Origin: an uncultured Campylobacter sp.
GTDB lineage: Bacteria; Campylobacterota; Campylobacteria; Campylobacterales; Campylobacteraceae
DNA: 43,953 bases
Assembly: GCA_963518485.1 (NCBI GenBank)
Contig: CAUQJW010000001.1
Span: 1 to 43,953, forward strand
Reading direction: 5' to 3'
Part shown: in pieces, positions 29,877 through 40,640 of the stretch
Numbering within the stretch: position 1 is the first letter of the stretch
How the letters are laid out: each line of letters opens with the position of its first letter
The notes under the pieces: model-generated
What the model was told of the DNA's origin: nothing
Seen by the model: only the letters and a program-made list of their open reading frames with translations
The model's database searches: none
Program-made: the position numbers and the translations under genes

Positions 29877-30689
29877 TTGCTATATTTCGTTCCTACGCCG
29901 ATAGGAAATTTAAGCGATATCTCGCTTCGCGCTTTGAGCGTTTTGCGCGAATGCGAGGTACTCTTTTGCGAAGATACCAGAGTCGCAAAATCCCTCATAA
30001 ATCTGCTAAATACGCGTTTTGACGCAAATATAAACATCCAAAATTTTATCCCGCTACATACGCATAACGAAGATGAAATTTTATCCAAAATAGAGCTTGA
30101 GATTTTTGATAAAAACGTCGCGTTTTTAAGCGATGCGGGCATGCCCGGCATCAGTGATCCGGGAGCTGCGCTCGTAAATTTTGCGATAAAAAACGACATC
30201 GCATACGAAGTGCTAAGCGGATCAAACGCCGCGCTCTTAGCCGTCGTCGCAAGCGGACTTTGCGAAAAAGAATTTTGCTTTCTAGGATTTTTACCCAATA
30301 ACGGCAAAGAGCGAGCCGCAGCTATTCAAAATGCGCTAAATTCGCCGTTTCCGGCAGTCATCTATGAAAGTCCGAAACGCATACTTTCGCTTGTTTTAGA
30401 TTTTGCCAAACTTGAGCCGGATAGAGAGATTTTTGCCATAAAAGAGGCGACGAAAAAATTTGAAACCAAATTTAGAGCCGCGGCAAGCAAGCTGGCAAAA
30501 AAGCTACAAGAGGCGAATTTAAGCGGCGAATGGTGCATCGTGGTACAAAAAAATCCAAATTTTACCTCAGAAAAAATCACTCAAAACGATATTTTAGAGC
30601 TTGAAATTTCGCCTAGAGCCAAGGCAAAACTCCTATCTAAAATCACGGGCAAAAACGCCAAAGAAATTTACTTCGAGCTAACGCGATAA
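29877..30689 (+). CDS. rsmI: 16S rRNA C1402 2'-O-methyltransferase RsmI
   Basis: PTPIGNL.DIS.RA, CEDTR, SDAGMPGISDPG, YESPKR. Confidence 0.95.
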   Translation: MLYFVPTPIGNLSDISLRALSVLRECEVLFCEDTRVAKSLINLLNTRFDANINIQNFIPLHTHNEDEILSKIELEIFDKNVAFLSDAGMPGISDPGAALVNFAIKNDIAYEVLSGSNAALLAVVASGLCEKEFCFLGFLPNNGKERAAAIQNALNSPFPAVIYESPKRILSLVLDFAKLEPDREIFAIKEATKKFETKFRAAASKLAKKLQEANLSGEWCIVVQKNPNFTSEKITQNDILELEISPRAKAKLLSKITGKNAKEIYFELTR

Positions 30690-30770
30690 AAACATACAGC
30701 AAACTTAAACAAATATCGATTTTATCCCGAATTTAGCTAAATTTTACCGATTTTTAGCTATTATCAGGCG

Positions 30771-31451
30771 ATGATAATATACGGTAAACAGCTATTTTTG
30801 CACATCATAAAAAACTATAAAAAAAACGTCAAAACGGTCTATCTCGCCAAAGAGTGCGACAAGACGCTATTTTCGCAGATCGTAGGCGTCGGTGCGCCGA
30901 TAAAACGCGTGGATAACCAAAAGGCTCAAGCTCTCGCGCGCGGCGGCAATCACCAAGGTTTTTTAGCCGAGGTCGAAGAGTTTGAGTTTAAGAGTATCGA
31001 CGAGATAAAAAAACAAAATTTTATAGCGGTTTTATACGGACTTAGCGACGTCGGAAATATCGGCGCCATCGTCAGAACAGCACATGCGCTCGGCTGCGGG
31101 GGTATCGTAGTCGTCGCTAAAAATTTGGCGATGGAAGGCGTGCTACGAGCTAGTAGCGCAGCGGCCTACGAGGCAAATATCGCTCTCGTAGAGGACGGAC
31201 TTAGCTTGCTAAACGAGCTAAAACAAGTCGGATTTAAAATTTACGCGGAGGCAAGCGGCGGCAAAAACGCCCACGAGGTTAAATTAGGCCAGAAAGTCGC
31301 GCTCGTGATGGGTAGCGAGGGCGAGGGTTTGCACAAAAAAGTCCTCGCCAAAAGCTACTAAATTTTAGTAATAAAAATGAAAAACGACTGGGACAGCCTA
31401 AACGTCTCGGCTGCGTTTGCCATACTTTGCAATAGGATTATAAATGAATAG
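30771..31451 (+). pseudogene. rlmB: 23S rRNA Gm2251 methyltransferase RlmB (SpoU family) with in-frame TAA at 31359-31361
   Basis: NHQG, GNIGAIVRTA, MGSEGEGL; the same frame continues past TAA as ILVIKMKNDWDSLNVSAAFAILCNRIINE* to 31451. Confidence 0.8.
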
Positions 31452-32358
31452 CATAGAATTTCTAAAGGGCATCGGATTAGCCGAAGTATCGAGAAAGACG
31501 CATATAGATGCAGATTATTTAAGTCATATAGTAAACAAGGATTATGAAAAATTAACGCGCCTTAACACAAAAGGCTTTATTAAAATTTTACAGCGCGAAT
31601 ATGATATAGATTTTGAAGAGTGGCTTAACGGTTACGAATCCTTTTTGAAAGAGCATGAGGCCGAAAAACACGAATCCCGTATAACCGTAGAGCCGTCGGT
31701 ATCATCTTATAAATCCGTATCTAAAAGTTCTTACGGCTTTCTTTGGACCGTTATTTTGCTGGCGATTTTGGCTATCGGAGCTTGGTTTTTCGAGCTTTAT
31801 AAATACTTCGACGAGTTCCCTAATCTATTCCGCGACGAAAATCAAAGCGTAAGCTACTCGAATACGACGACCGTGCAAGCCGCCAGACAAAATTTAATCA
31901 TCCTAAAAGAAGAAAACGGCTCCCTACTTTTACCGCCGCCGGAAGAAAATACGTCCATGGAGCCGATTCGAGACATACCGGCGTTAAGCGCCGAAGATAA
32001 CGCGACAGATCGACGTCAAATTAACTCCGAAGAGCAAAATTCCACGTCGCCTAACGAGGAGTTCGACTTGTACGGACTAAAAGAAATTCAAATTATCCCG
32101 GCTAAAAAGGTATGGATCGGTATAGTCGATTTAAGCGCCGACAAAAAACGTTCGCTTAATACCGATAGCAGCGTTAGCATAGAAACCGCTAAAAAGCAAC
32201 TAGTAGTCGTAGGACACGGCGAGATAACGCTAAAAATAGGCACGAATATCAAGAAATTCAGTTCCGATAATCCGATAAGATTTTTGCTAAGGAACGGTAA
32301 GTTAAAAACGATCGATTTAGACGAATTTACAGTCTTGAACAAGGGAAAAACTTGGTAA
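31444..32358 (+). CDS. RodZ-like membrane protein (N-terminal HTH, single TM, periplasmic domain)
   Basis: L.EVSRKTHI...YL HTH-like start, GFIKIL, TM helix, sequon-rich periplasmic linker. Confidence 0.7.
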   Translation: MNSIEFLKGIGLAEVSRKTHIDADYLSHIVNKDYEKLTRLNTKGFIKILQREYDIDFEEWLNGYESFLKEHEAEKHESRITVEPSVSSYKSVSKSSYGFLWTVILLAILAIGAWFFELYKYFDEFPNLFRDENQSVSYSNTTTVQAARQNLIILKEENGSLLLPPPEENTSMEPIRDIPALSAEDNATDRRQINSEEQNSTSPNEEFDLYGLKEIQIIPAKKVWIGIVDLSADKKRSLNTDSSVSIETAKKQLVVVGHGEITLKIGTNIKKFSSDNPIRFLLRNGKLKTIDLDEFTVLNKGKTW

Positions 32359-33140
32359 AAATTATAGCCGTTATCGCTATTGCGGCGGGCTGTTTTGCCG
32401 GACCTGCGGCGGATGCGGCGATTAAAATAGTCGGAAGCGCCGATTCGAAAATAGAAGAGCTTTTTAGCCGAGACGGCGATTATATCGATATCAACGGTAA
32501 TATAGATATCTCTAAAGTATCTGAAACTTTAAAAATAAATTCGTTGCTAAGGCTAAATTATCAAGGCGACGTAAAATTTTCGTTACGATTTAAATCCTCG
32601 AATGCGCCGCTATTACTCGTTAAAATAGTAAAAGATACGCTAAATAGGCTCGGTTATAACGATATTTCGGTAACAGATTTTTTAAACGGCGACGAAATTT
32701 TATTCGGCGTTAGCGTAAATAGTAAATTCGTTCTGGACCCTGGGTCTTTTTATACGGCGCTAAAACAAATCGATACGACTATAAAAGACGTTAGAAGACT
32801 GGATGAGTTTAGCTATTTTTACGAGCTTGACCTATCAAAAACTGCCGTTTCTAACGTCAAAATTACAAGCGGAGAAAATACGCTCTCAAAGCCGCTTGAG
32901 CCCTATCTCATCGACGTTAGCGGCGCAAAAACCGCAGTTATAGGCGCAGACGAGGAGGATCGCTGGTCGGCTATCGTAAGAATTTTGGATAAAAGTTTAA
33001 ATTTACTCGAGGAAAAACGAAGCGACAAAGCTATAAATAGCCTAAAGGTTTCCTTTCCGCAAAACGCAAAATATCTAATGATCGACGATGCGGTCAGTCT
33101 AGAAAATATCAAACGAGGGCTCAAAATCTACTTAGAATAA
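32352..33140 (+). CDS. Putative periplasmic protein
   Basis: Signal-peptide-like N-terminus; 262-aa ORF within the operon. Confidence 0.7.
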   Translation: MVKIIAVIAIAAGCFAGPAADAAIKIVGSADSKIEELFSRDGDYIDINGNIDISKVSETLKINSLLRLNYQGDVKFSLRFKSSNAPLLLVKIVKDTLNRLGYNDISVTDFLNGDEILFGVSVNSKFVLDPGSFYTALKQIDTTIKDVRRLDEFSYFYELDLSKTAVSNVKITSGENTLSKPLEPYLIDVSGAKTAVIGADEEDRWSAIVRILDKSLNLLEEKRSDKAINSLKVSFPQNAKYLMIDDAVSLENIKRGLKIYLE

Positions 33141-33150
33141 GGAAAAATTT

Positions 33151-34359
33151 ATGTTTGACGAGATTAGATTTAATACGATTGAAAGACTTCCAAACTACGT
33201 ATTTGCCGAGGTAAACGCCATAAAAATGGCCGCGCGCCGAGCGGGCGAGGATATCATCGACTTTTCCATGGGAAACCCGGAGGGTCGCACGCCTCAGCAC
33301 ATAGTCGATAAACTCTGCGAAAGCGCGCAAAAAGATAAAACTCACGGCTACTCGGCGAGCGCTGGCATCTACAAACTACGCCTAGCCATCTGCAACTGGT
33401 ATAAGCGCAAATACGGCGTAAATTTGGACCCAGATACCGAGGCCGTCGCCGTTATGGGCAGCAAGGAGGGCTTCGTGCATCTAGCTCAAGCGATAGTAAA
33501 TCCAGGCGACGTCGCCGTAGTGCCAGATCCCGCATACCCGATACACACGCAGGCGTTTTTGTTCGCGGGCGGTAGCGTGGCAAAGATGCCACTAAAGTAC
33601 AACGATAAATTCGAGCTTGACGAAAATAAATTTTTCGAAGACCTGCTTCACACGATCCGTTCAAGCTCGCCGAGACCTAAATACGTCGTCGTAAATTTCC
33701 CGCACAATCCGACGACCGTAACCGTGCAAAAGAGCTTCTACGAGCGGCTAGTGGCGATGAGTAAACAAGAGCGCTTTTACGTGATCTCGGACATCGCCTA
33801 CGCAGACCTTACTTTTGACGGCTACAAGACGCCGAGCATCCTTGAAGTAGAAGGCGCAAAAGACGTCGCAGTCGAGTGCTACACGCTATCAAAAAGCTAC
33901 AATATGGCCGGTTGGCGCGTCGGATTTTTATGCGGGAACAAGCGCCTTTGCGCCGCTCTTAAAAAGATAAAATCATGGGTCGATTACGGCATGTTTACTC
34001 CGATCCAAGTCTCCGCCACCGTCGCGCTAGACGGCGATCAAAGCTGCGTCGAGGATATCCGTCAAATTTACGAAAAACGCCGCGACGTGATGCTAGAAGC
34101 CTTTGCAAGTGCCGGCTGGCAGATGCATAAGCCAAGCTCGAGTATGTTTATCTGGGCAAAAATCCCGCCGCAAGTCGGAAACATCGGCAGTCTCGAGTTT
34201 TCTAAACAGCTGCTTACCAAAGCTAGCGTTGCGGTAAGCCCCGGTATCGGCTTTGGCGAGGGCGGCAACGACTACGTACGCCTCGCTCTTATCGAGAACG
34301 AAAATCGCATCCGCCAAGCGGCGCGAAACATCAAAAAATATCTGAAAGAATTTGCATGA
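33151..34359 (+). CDS. PLP-dependent class I/II aminotransferase (LL-DAP aminotransferase/AlaC-like)
   Basis: GSKEG, NFPHNPT, DIAY, SKSYNMAGWRVG. Confidence 0.9.
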   Translation: MFDEIRFNTIERLPNYVFAEVNAIKMAARRAGEDIIDFSMGNPEGRTPQHIVDKLCESAQKDKTHGYSASAGIYKLRLAICNWYKRKYGVNLDPDTEAVAVMGSKEGFVHLAQAIVNPGDVAVVPDPAYPIHTQAFLFAGGSVAKMPLKYNDKFELDENKFFEDLLHTIRSSSPRPKYVVVNFPHNPTTVTVQKSFYERLVAMSKQERFYVISDIAYADLTFDGYKTPSILEVEGAKDVAVECYTLSKSYNMAGWRVGFLCGNKRLCAALKKIKSWVDYGMFTPIQVSATVALDGDQSCVEDIRQIYEKRRDVMLEAFASAGWQMHKPSSSMFIWAKIPPQVGNIGSLEFSKQLLTKASVAVSPGIGFGEGGNDYVRLALIENENRIRQAARNIKKYLKEFA

Positions 34360-35618
34360 ATATAGCCATTTTAGGCGTCGGCACGGTCGGAGAAGCCGTT
34401 GCTAAAATTTTACTCCAAAACAAAAAACTAATCGCGGCAAGATGCGGCGAAGAGATAGTTCCTATTATCGGCGTCGTTAGAAATTTAAGTAAAAAAAGAG
34501 ACGTCGCCATCCCGCTCACGGACGATATGGATAGCGTCCTAGAGCGCGACGATATCGACGTTTTCGTCGAGCTTATGGGCGGCGTCGAGGAGCCTTTTAG
34601 GGTCGTTAGCAAAATTTTAGAGCGCAAAAAAGCCGTCGTAACGGCAAACAAAGCGCTACTCGCCTATCATCGCTACGCCTTGCAAAATTTGGCGCAAAAC
34701 ACGCCCTTTGGTTTCGAGGCTAGCGTCGCGGGCGGCATACCTATCATCAGAGCCCTTCGCGAGGGCCTTAGCGCCAACCACATCCTAAGTATCAACGGGG
34801 TTTTAAACGGCACCAGCAACTATATCCTAACCTCGATGATGAGCAAGGGTTCAAATTTCGCGGACGCTCTAAAAAAAGCCCAGGAGCTAGGCTACGCCGA
34901 GGCCGATCCGACCTTTGACGTCGGAGGCTTCGACGCGGCGCACAAGCTACTGATCCTAGCTAGCATCGCATACGGCGTGCACGGCAACCCCGAAGACATC
35001 CTGATAGAAGGCATCGAAGGCATCACGCCCGAGGATATATTTTTTGCCAACGATTTCGAGTACGTCATCAAGCTACTCGCCATCGCCAAAAAAACAGGCG
35101 ACAAGGTCGAGCTGCGCGTACATCCGGCGCTAGTACCCAAAGATAAAATGATAGCTAAAACAGACGGCGTGACAAACGCCGTGAGCGTAGTGGGCGACGC
35201 GGTCGGAGAGACGATGTTTTACGGTCCGGGCGCTGGCGGTCCGGCGACGGCAAGCTCAGTCATCAGCGACTTGATCGACATCGCCAGAGACGGCAAATCC
35301 CCGATGCTAGGCTACAAAGCACCGTTTGAGCTAAATGCGCTTGAGCTTTTAGATCCGAGCGAAATTTGCACGAAGTATTATTTTAGGCTTAGAGTCGAGG
35401 ACAAGGTCGGCGTGCTGGCTAAAATCACGAATTTGATGAGCGAAAACAACCTCTCCATCGATAGCCTGCTGCAAAAACCGAAGGACGAAAGTCCGTATGC
35501 GACGCTATTTTTCACGACGCACACGAGCGTGGAAAAGGACGTGAGGCGCACTATGGAAATTTTGCAAGAGCAAGAGTTCGTAAAAGAAAAACCTTTTATG
35601 ATGAGGATAGAAGAGTAA
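34356..35618 (+). CDS. hom: Homoserine dehydrogenase
   Basis: GVGTVG, VTANKA, EASVAGGIP, NGTSNYIL, GYAEADP; C-terminal ACT domain. Confidence 0.97.
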   Translation: MNIAILGVGTVGEAVAKILLQNKKLIAARCGEEIVPIIGVVRNLSKKRDVAIPLTDDMDSVLERDDIDVFVELMGGVEEPFRVVSKILERKKAVVTANKALLAYHRYALQNLAQNTPFGFEASVAGGIPIIRALREGLSANHILSINGVLNGTSNYILTSMMSKGSNFADALKKAQELGYAEADPTFDVGGFDAAHKLLILASIAYGVHGNPEDILIEGIEGITPEDIFFANDFEYVIKLLAIAKKTGDKVELRVHPALVPKDKMIAKTDGVTNAVSVVGDAVGETMFYGPGAGGPATASSVISDLIDIARDGKSPMLGYKAPFELNALELLDPSEICTKYYFRLRVEDKVGVLAKITNLMSENNLSIDSLLQKPKDESPYATLFFTTHTSVEKDVRRTMEILQEQEFVKEKPFMMRIEE

Positions 35619-35621
35619 AAT

Positions 35622-35960
35622 TTGGGGCTTAAGGCGTATCTTTTCGGCAAAAGCTCGGAGGATCTGGCTTGCGAGTTTTTGCTAAAAAACGGCTGCGAGA
35701 TACTCGCTAGAAATTTTAGCTCTAAATTCGGCGAGATCGACGTCATCGCTAAAAAAGACGGCATCTTGCGCTTCGTCGAAATCAAAGCTACGCAGGGCGA
35801 CTACGAGGCGGAGTATCGCCTCACGCCCGCTAAATTTAATAAAATTTTAAAAACTATCGACTTTTATCTGCTACAAAACGGCGCTAATGCCGATTTTCAG
35901 GTCGATTTGATCGCGATAAAAAAGGGCGAGATAAAGTGGATAGAAAATATTAGTTTGTAA
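35622..35960 (+). CDS. YraN family protein
   Basis: G...EDLA..FL...G..ILARNF...GEIDVIA......FVEIK. Confidence 0.9.
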   Translation: MGLKAYLFGKSSEDLACEFLLKNGCEILARNFSSKFGEIDVIAKKDGILRFVEIKATQGDYEAEYRLTPAKFNKILKTIDFYLLQNGANADFQVDLIAIKKGEIKWIENISL

Positions 35961-36030
35961 AAATTCTTATTTAGCTAAAATTTAAATACTTTCGTGTATA
36001 ATTACGACTATCTTTAAAAAGGAGAATAAA

Positions 36031-36345
36031 ATGGGAAAATACGTAGAACTAACGACTGCGAATTTCGACGTCGCTAAAGAGGGCGTCGCGCTAGTAGATT
36101 TTTGGGCGCCTTGGTGCGGACCTTGCCGTATGCTTGCTCCGGTCATCGACGAGCTTGCTGAGGAGTTTGAGGGCAAAGCTAAAATTTGCAAAGTAAACAC
36201 CGACGAGGTGCAAGATCTAGCCGTAGAATTCGGCATCCGCTCGATCCCTACGCTTCTATTTTTCAAAAACGGCGAAGTCGTAGAGCAGATGGTCGGCGCA
36301 CAATCAAAACAAGCCATAGCCGATAAGATAAATTCGCTTCTTTAA
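36031..36345 (+). CDS. trxA: Thioredoxin
   Basis: DFWAPWCGPC; TATAAT and AAGGAG upstream. Confidence 0.98.
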   Translation: MGKYVELTTANFDVAKEGVALVDFWAPWCGPCRMLAPVIDELAEEFEGKAKICKVNTDEVQDLAVEFGIRSIPTLLFFKNGEVVEQMVGAQSKQAIADKINSLL

Positions 36346-36794
36346 TGGTTTTTAGACGAGGAGGAAGCCTGCTTCCTCTCACCTCCGTTTTTGCGTCTTT
36401 TATCGGTGCAGCGCTGGTAGCAGGCGTATTTGCTTACAATAATTACAGATTTTCGCAGTATAAATTCGTAAATTTTAACGAGTTGGTTTTTTACGAGCAG
36501 GCTCAAATTTTCGCGCCGCAAGACGACGAATTTTTACTCGTGGTTTTTAGCTCCAACCAATCAAACTGGAGAGAAATTTTAAAAACTTCGACTAGGGATT
36601 TAAAAATCGTCGCCGTGGACTTGCTCCAAAAACGCGCTCCTAGCGAGGGAAATATAAATTTCGTCGCTTCGGATATAAATACGATTTTAAAGCTGATGCA
36701 CGTCCTAAATATCACGGCTTTGCCCGCAAGCGTGGAGCTAAAGGCGCAAAAGGGAGGCATTTATAAACAAGATTCAAAAATAAATAAAATTTAA
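36345..36794 (+). CDS. Membrane-anchored hypothetical protein
   Basis: N-terminal TM helix; TAATG overlap with trxA. Confidence 0.7.
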   Translation: MVFRRGGSLLPLTSVFASFIGAALVAGVFAYNNYRFSQYKFVNFNELVFYEQAQIFAPQDDEFLLVVFSSNQSNWREILKTSTRDLKIVAVDLLQKRAPSEGNINFVASDINTILKLMHVLNITALPASVELKAQKGGIYKQDSKINKI

Positions 36795-36804
36795 AGGAAA
36801 AAAT

Positions 36805-37743
36805 ATGTTAGATTTAGCGATCATCGGAGGCGGTCCCGCCGGACTTAGCGCGGGACTTTACGCCACTCGCGGCGGACTAAAAAACGTCGTAATGTTTGAA
36901 AAAGGAATGCCCGGCGGCCAGATTACGAGCAGCTCCGAGATAGAAAACTATCCTGGCCAAAAAGCGCCCGGCGAGAGCGGCATCGACTTCATGAGTACGT
37001 GGGTCGCGCAGTGCACGCATTTTGGCCTAAAGCACGAGATGGCGGGCGTCGAGCGCGTGGTAAAAAATTCAGACGGCAGCTTCATGGTCAAGCTTGAAGG
37101 CGGCAAAGAAGAGCAGGCCAAAGCAGTCATCGTAGCCACAGGCTCTACTCCGCGCCGCGCGGGCTTTACGGGCGAGGACGAGTTTTTCGGCAGAGGCGTG
37201 AGCACCTGCGCGACCTGCGACGGATTTTTCTATAAAAACAAAGAAGTCGCGGTTCTAGGCGGTGGCGACACGGCGATCGAGGAGGCCTTATATCTAGCCA
37301 ACATCTGCTCGCGCGTCTACGTCATCCACCGCAGAGACGAGTTTCGCGCCGCTCCGGTGACGCTAGAAAAGGCTCGCGCTAACGCCAAGATCGAGTTTAT
37401 CACTAGCGCCACGATCAAGCAAGCTTACGGCGACAAAGCAGGCCTCGCAGGTCTAATCATAAACACTAAAGATGGCGAGCGCGACCTAAAAGTGCCGGGC
37501 GTTTTCGTATTCGTCGGACTTAACGTAAACAACGACGTCCTTCGCCAAGAAAACGGCGAGTTTTTGTGCGATATGGAGGCAGGCGGCCAGGTTAGCGTCG
37601 ATCTAAAGATGCAAACTAGCGTGCCAGGGTTATTTGCCGCGGGCGATATCAGAAAAGACGCGCCAAAACAAGTCATCGTGGCCGCAGGAGACGGCGCAGT
37701 AGCGGCTCTTAGTGCGCTTAGCTATATCGAGAGCTTACACTAA
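36805..37743 (+). CDS. trxB: Thioredoxin reductase
   Basis: GGGPAG, CATCDG, GGGDTA.EEA, FAAGD. Confidence 0.97.
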   Translation: MLDLAIIGGGPAGLSAGLYATRGGLKNVVMFEKGMPGGQITSSSEIENYPGQKAPGESGIDFMSTWVAQCTHFGLKHEMAGVERVVKNSDGSFMVKLEGGKEEQAKAVIVATGSTPRRAGFTGEDEFFGRGVSTCATCDGFFYKNKEVAVLGGGDTAIEEALYLANICSRVYVIHRRDEFRAAPVTLEKARANAKIEFITSATIKQAYGDKAGLAGLIINTKDGERDLKVPGVFVFVGLNVNNDVLRQENGEFLCDMEAGGQVSVDLKMQTSVPGLFAAGDIRKDAPKQVIVAAGDGAVAALSALSYIESLH

Positions 37744-37751
37744 GATTTATC

Positions 37752-37782
37752 AAATTTAGCCGAGCTTTTCGGCTAAATTTTT
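37752..37782 (+). terminator. Intrinsic terminator after trxB
   Basis: AAATTTAGCCGA-GCTTT-TCGGCTAAATTT, 12-bp perfect stem ending in a T run. Confidence 0.8.
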
Positions 37783-37887
37783 ACTCATCAAAACCGGAAC
37801 CGAAGATTACTTCTTTAAATTTTTACCTTCAATAACGTTTTTATTAGATTTTTTATGCTAAATTCACAAAAATTTTTAAGGATCAAA

Positions 37888-38655
37888 ATGATAAAAATAG
37901 GCATTCACGGCGCAAGCGGCAAAATGGGAAAAACGATAGCCCAATGCTTAGAGGATTCCGATGAAGCGGTTTTGTCTGCCCTCTACGATACGAATTTTAA
38001 AGGCGACTCTCCGAGTAGAGTTCTCATAGCAAAGAGCTTAGAAGAGCTTTTCGGCGCCTGCGACGTAGTTATAGATTTTACCGCCAAAGAGGGCGCGATA
38101 AACCTAATAAACTATGCGCGCACCGACCCCAAGCCGCTAGTCATAGGTACGACGGGCTTAGGCGAAGAAGGCGCGCAACTGCTAAAACTAGCAAGTTCGA
38201 CCATGCCGATACTTTACGCCACCAATATGAGCTTAGGAGTGGCGGTTCTAAAGCGCCTAGTGGCCGTAGCATCAAAAACGTTGGAAAAATTCGATATAGA
38301 AATAGTCGAACAACACCACAGACACAAAAAAGACGCTCCTAGCGGTACGGCGCTAACGCTAGGAGAGAGCGCGGCGACGGCCAGAGGGCTAAAATTAAAA
38401 GACGTTTTAGTAAGCGGGCGCGAAGGTATAGTCGGCGCCAGAAGCAAAGACGAAATAGCTATCCTAGCTATGCGCGGCGGCGACGTCGTAGGTAGACATA
38501 CGGTAGGCTTTTACGACGACGGCGAATTTATCGAGTTAAATCACACGGCGACTAGTCGCGCGACGTTTGCTAAAGGTGCGATAAAAGCGGCAGTCTGGGT
38601 GGTAAAGCAACAAAACGGTCTTTACGATATAGACGATTGCTTGGGATTTAATTAA
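37888..38655 (+). CDS. dapB: 4-hydroxy-tetrahydrodipicolinate reductase
   Basis: Start MIKIG at 37888 (AAGGA RBS); [26 protein letters not shown]. Confidence 0.96.
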   Translation: MIKIGIHGASGKMGKTIAQCLEDSDEAVLSALYDTNFKGDSPSRVLIAKSLEELFGACDVVIDFTAKEGAINLINYARTDPKPLVIGTTGLGEEGAQLLKLASSTMPILYATNMSLGVAVLKRLVAVASKTLEKFDIEIVEQHHRHKKDAPSGTALTLGESAATARGLKLKDVLVSGREGIVGARSKDEIAILAMRGGDVVGRHTVGFYDDGEFIELNHTATSRATFAKGAIKAAVWVVKQQNGLYDIDDCLGFN

Positions 38656-38746
38656 TAAATTTTACTTCGTCGCATCAAAAGAGCAAAATAAAAAACGGCG
38701 AAGAAATTAGTCGAGATAAAAATAAAAAACAAAGAAAAGGGATAAA

Positions 38747-40084
38747 ATGTGTGCGATAGTCGGGATAATAAATTCAAAAGATGCGGCGAAAACCGCGTAT
38801 TACGCGCTATTTTCTATGCAGCATCGCGGACAAGAAGCTAGCGGTATCAGCGCCTGCGAAAACGGCGAGATACGAACGCTCAAAGGAAACGGCCTAGTGA
38901 CCGAAGTTTTTAACGAAGAAAACTTAAGAAGCCTAAAAGGCGATTCCGCTATCGGACACAACCGTTACGCTACGGCCGGTAAAAACTCCGGCAAAGACGC
39001 TCAGCCCATATCCGCAAATTACGCCCTAGGACAAATCTCGGTAGTTCATAACGGAAATTTAGTAAATAAAGACGAAGTCAGGCAAGCCTTAATCGACGAA
39101 GGCGCGATATTTCAGACGAATATGGATACGGAAAACATAATCCATCTAATAGCCAGAAATCACGGCAAAAAGCTGCAAGATCGCATAGAAGCGGCTCTAA
39201 AAAAGATACTGGGCGCTTATTGTTTACTTATACAATCGCGCAGTAAAATTTTCGCTATACGCGATAAATACGGCGTTAGACCTCTATCTATCGGTAAATT
39301 AAAAGACGGCGGATACATAGTAGCCAGCGAAACGTGCGCTTTTGATCTAGTCGAGGCGGAATTTATCCGAGACGTAGAACCCGGAGAGATGGTAATTTTC
39401 ACGCACGGCGAAAGCGAATTTAAAAGTGTGCGTATTTTTGAACCGGAACCTAGAATTTGCGCGTTCGAGTATATCTATTTCGCGCGTCCGGATAGCGTCA
39501 TAGAGGGTAAAAACGTATACGAAATAAGAAAAAAAATGGGTGCGGCGCTAGCGAAACAAAACCGAACGAAAGCCGATTTCGTAATCCCGGTACCCGATAG
39601 CGGCGTTCCCGCTTCGCTAGGCTTCGCAAACGAGAGCAAAATACCTTTTGAACTAGCTATAGTACGCAACCATTATGTCGGACGAACGTTTATAGAACCT
39701 AGCCAAGAAACTAGAAATTTAAAAGTAAAACTAAAGCTAAATCCGATGTCTAGCGTACTGAAAGGCAAAAGCGTAATCGTAATAGACGATAGTATAGTAC
39801 GCGGAACGACGTCTAAAAAAATAGTCGAGCTGCTCCGTCATGCCGGCGCAAAAGAGATACATTTTAAAGTGGCTTGTCCGGAGCTAAAATTCCCCGAAAG
39901 ATACGGCATAGATACGCCTAGTTTTGAAGAGCTGATCAGCGCGAACAAAAGCGTAGAGCAGGTGCGGGAATTTATCGGTGCGGATAGTTTGGAGTTTTTA
40001 GGCATAGAAGACCTCGTAGAAAGTATCGGAAACGAGAGAAAATACTCCCTAGTAAGCTTTGACGGAGATTACTTTATAAAATAA
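38747..40084 (+). CDS. purF: Amidophosphoribosyltransferase
   Basis: N-terminal Cys (MCAIVG), QHRGQE, GHNRY, VIDDSIVRGTT. Confidence 0.97.
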   Translation: MCAIVGIINSKDAAKTAYYALFSMQHRGQEASGISACENGEIRTLKGNGLVTEVFNEENLRSLKGDSAIGHNRYATAGKNSGKDAQPISANYALGQISVVHNGNLVNKDEVRQALIDEGAIFQTNMDTENIIHLIARNHGKKLQDRIEAALKKILGAYCLLIQSRSKIFAIRDKYGVRPLSIGKLKDGGYIVASETCAFDLVEAEFIRDVEPGEMVIFTHGESEFKSVRIFEPEPRICAFEYIYFARPDSVIEGKNVYEIRKKMGAALAKQNRTKADFVIPVPDSGVPASLGFANESKIPFELAIVRNHYVGRTFIEPSQETRNLKVKLKLNPMSSVLKGKSVIVIDDSIVRGTTSKKIVELLRHAGAKEIHFKVACPELKFPERYGIDTPSFEELISANKSVEQVREFIGADSLEFLGIEDLVESIGNERKYSLVSFDGDYFIK

Positions 40085-40091
40085 TCTCCGA

Positions 40092-40640
40092 TTAGTAGCA
40101 CTCGACCTTTGTAATCGAAGGCGTTTTAGTAAAGTACGGCGGATCAGGCATAGAGGCATAAAAGCTTTTGTACTCTCTGGGCTTTAAATTTTTAGCTATC
40201 GAAAATTTATATTCGACAGTATTTGGTCTATCGTCTTTTTTACTACCGTTTAACCAAGAAAAAAGCGACCAACCCGTCGGCTTAAAGACGTTTTCTCCGA
40301 CTAGGTCGTCTTTAGTAGTCGGGTTATTGATAAGCTTTATTACGAGATTGCAATTAGCCACGCTAGACAGTCCGGTGTTTCTAACGGTACCGCGAAATAC
40401 TATCGTTTCGTTTCTTAGTACTCTTTGGCTTTGGACGTTTTCGATAACGGCCGATTTCGTATATCTATCCACGACTATCATCGTCATAACTCCCGCTAGA
40501 ACGGTCGCGCATAAAATCACGATAACTATGCTCGCAAAAATTTTAGGACTTTCTCGTCTGGCTAAAAATATAAAAAGCCCTGCTAAAAGCGCTAAAATCG
40601 CCATAGCGATAAAATGAAACGTATTAAAATATCCTGCCAT
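40092..40640 (-). CDS. DUF2393-like membrane protein
   Basis: Two TM helices + beta-rich domain ending ECY; probable start at 40640 (TGATG overlap). Confidence 0.65.
   Translation of the reverse strand: MAGYFNTFHFIAMAILALLAGLFIFLARRESPKIFASIVIVILCATVLAGVMTMIVVDRYTKSAVIENVQSQRVLRNETIVFRGTVRNTGLSSVANCNLVIKLINNPTTKDDLVGENVFKPTGWSLFSWLNGSKKDDRPNTVEYKFSIAKNLKPREYKSFYASMPDPPYFTKTPSITKVECY

Noticed and set aside
35622..35960. YraN nuclease-fold gene as a defence gene
   Set aside because: Widespread conserved gene in its usual hom-trxA context.
36361..36378. GAGGAAGC-CT-GCTTCCTC hairpin after trxA
   Set aside because: Lies inside the next ORF and lacks an adjacent U-tract; terminator or attenuator role not supportable.
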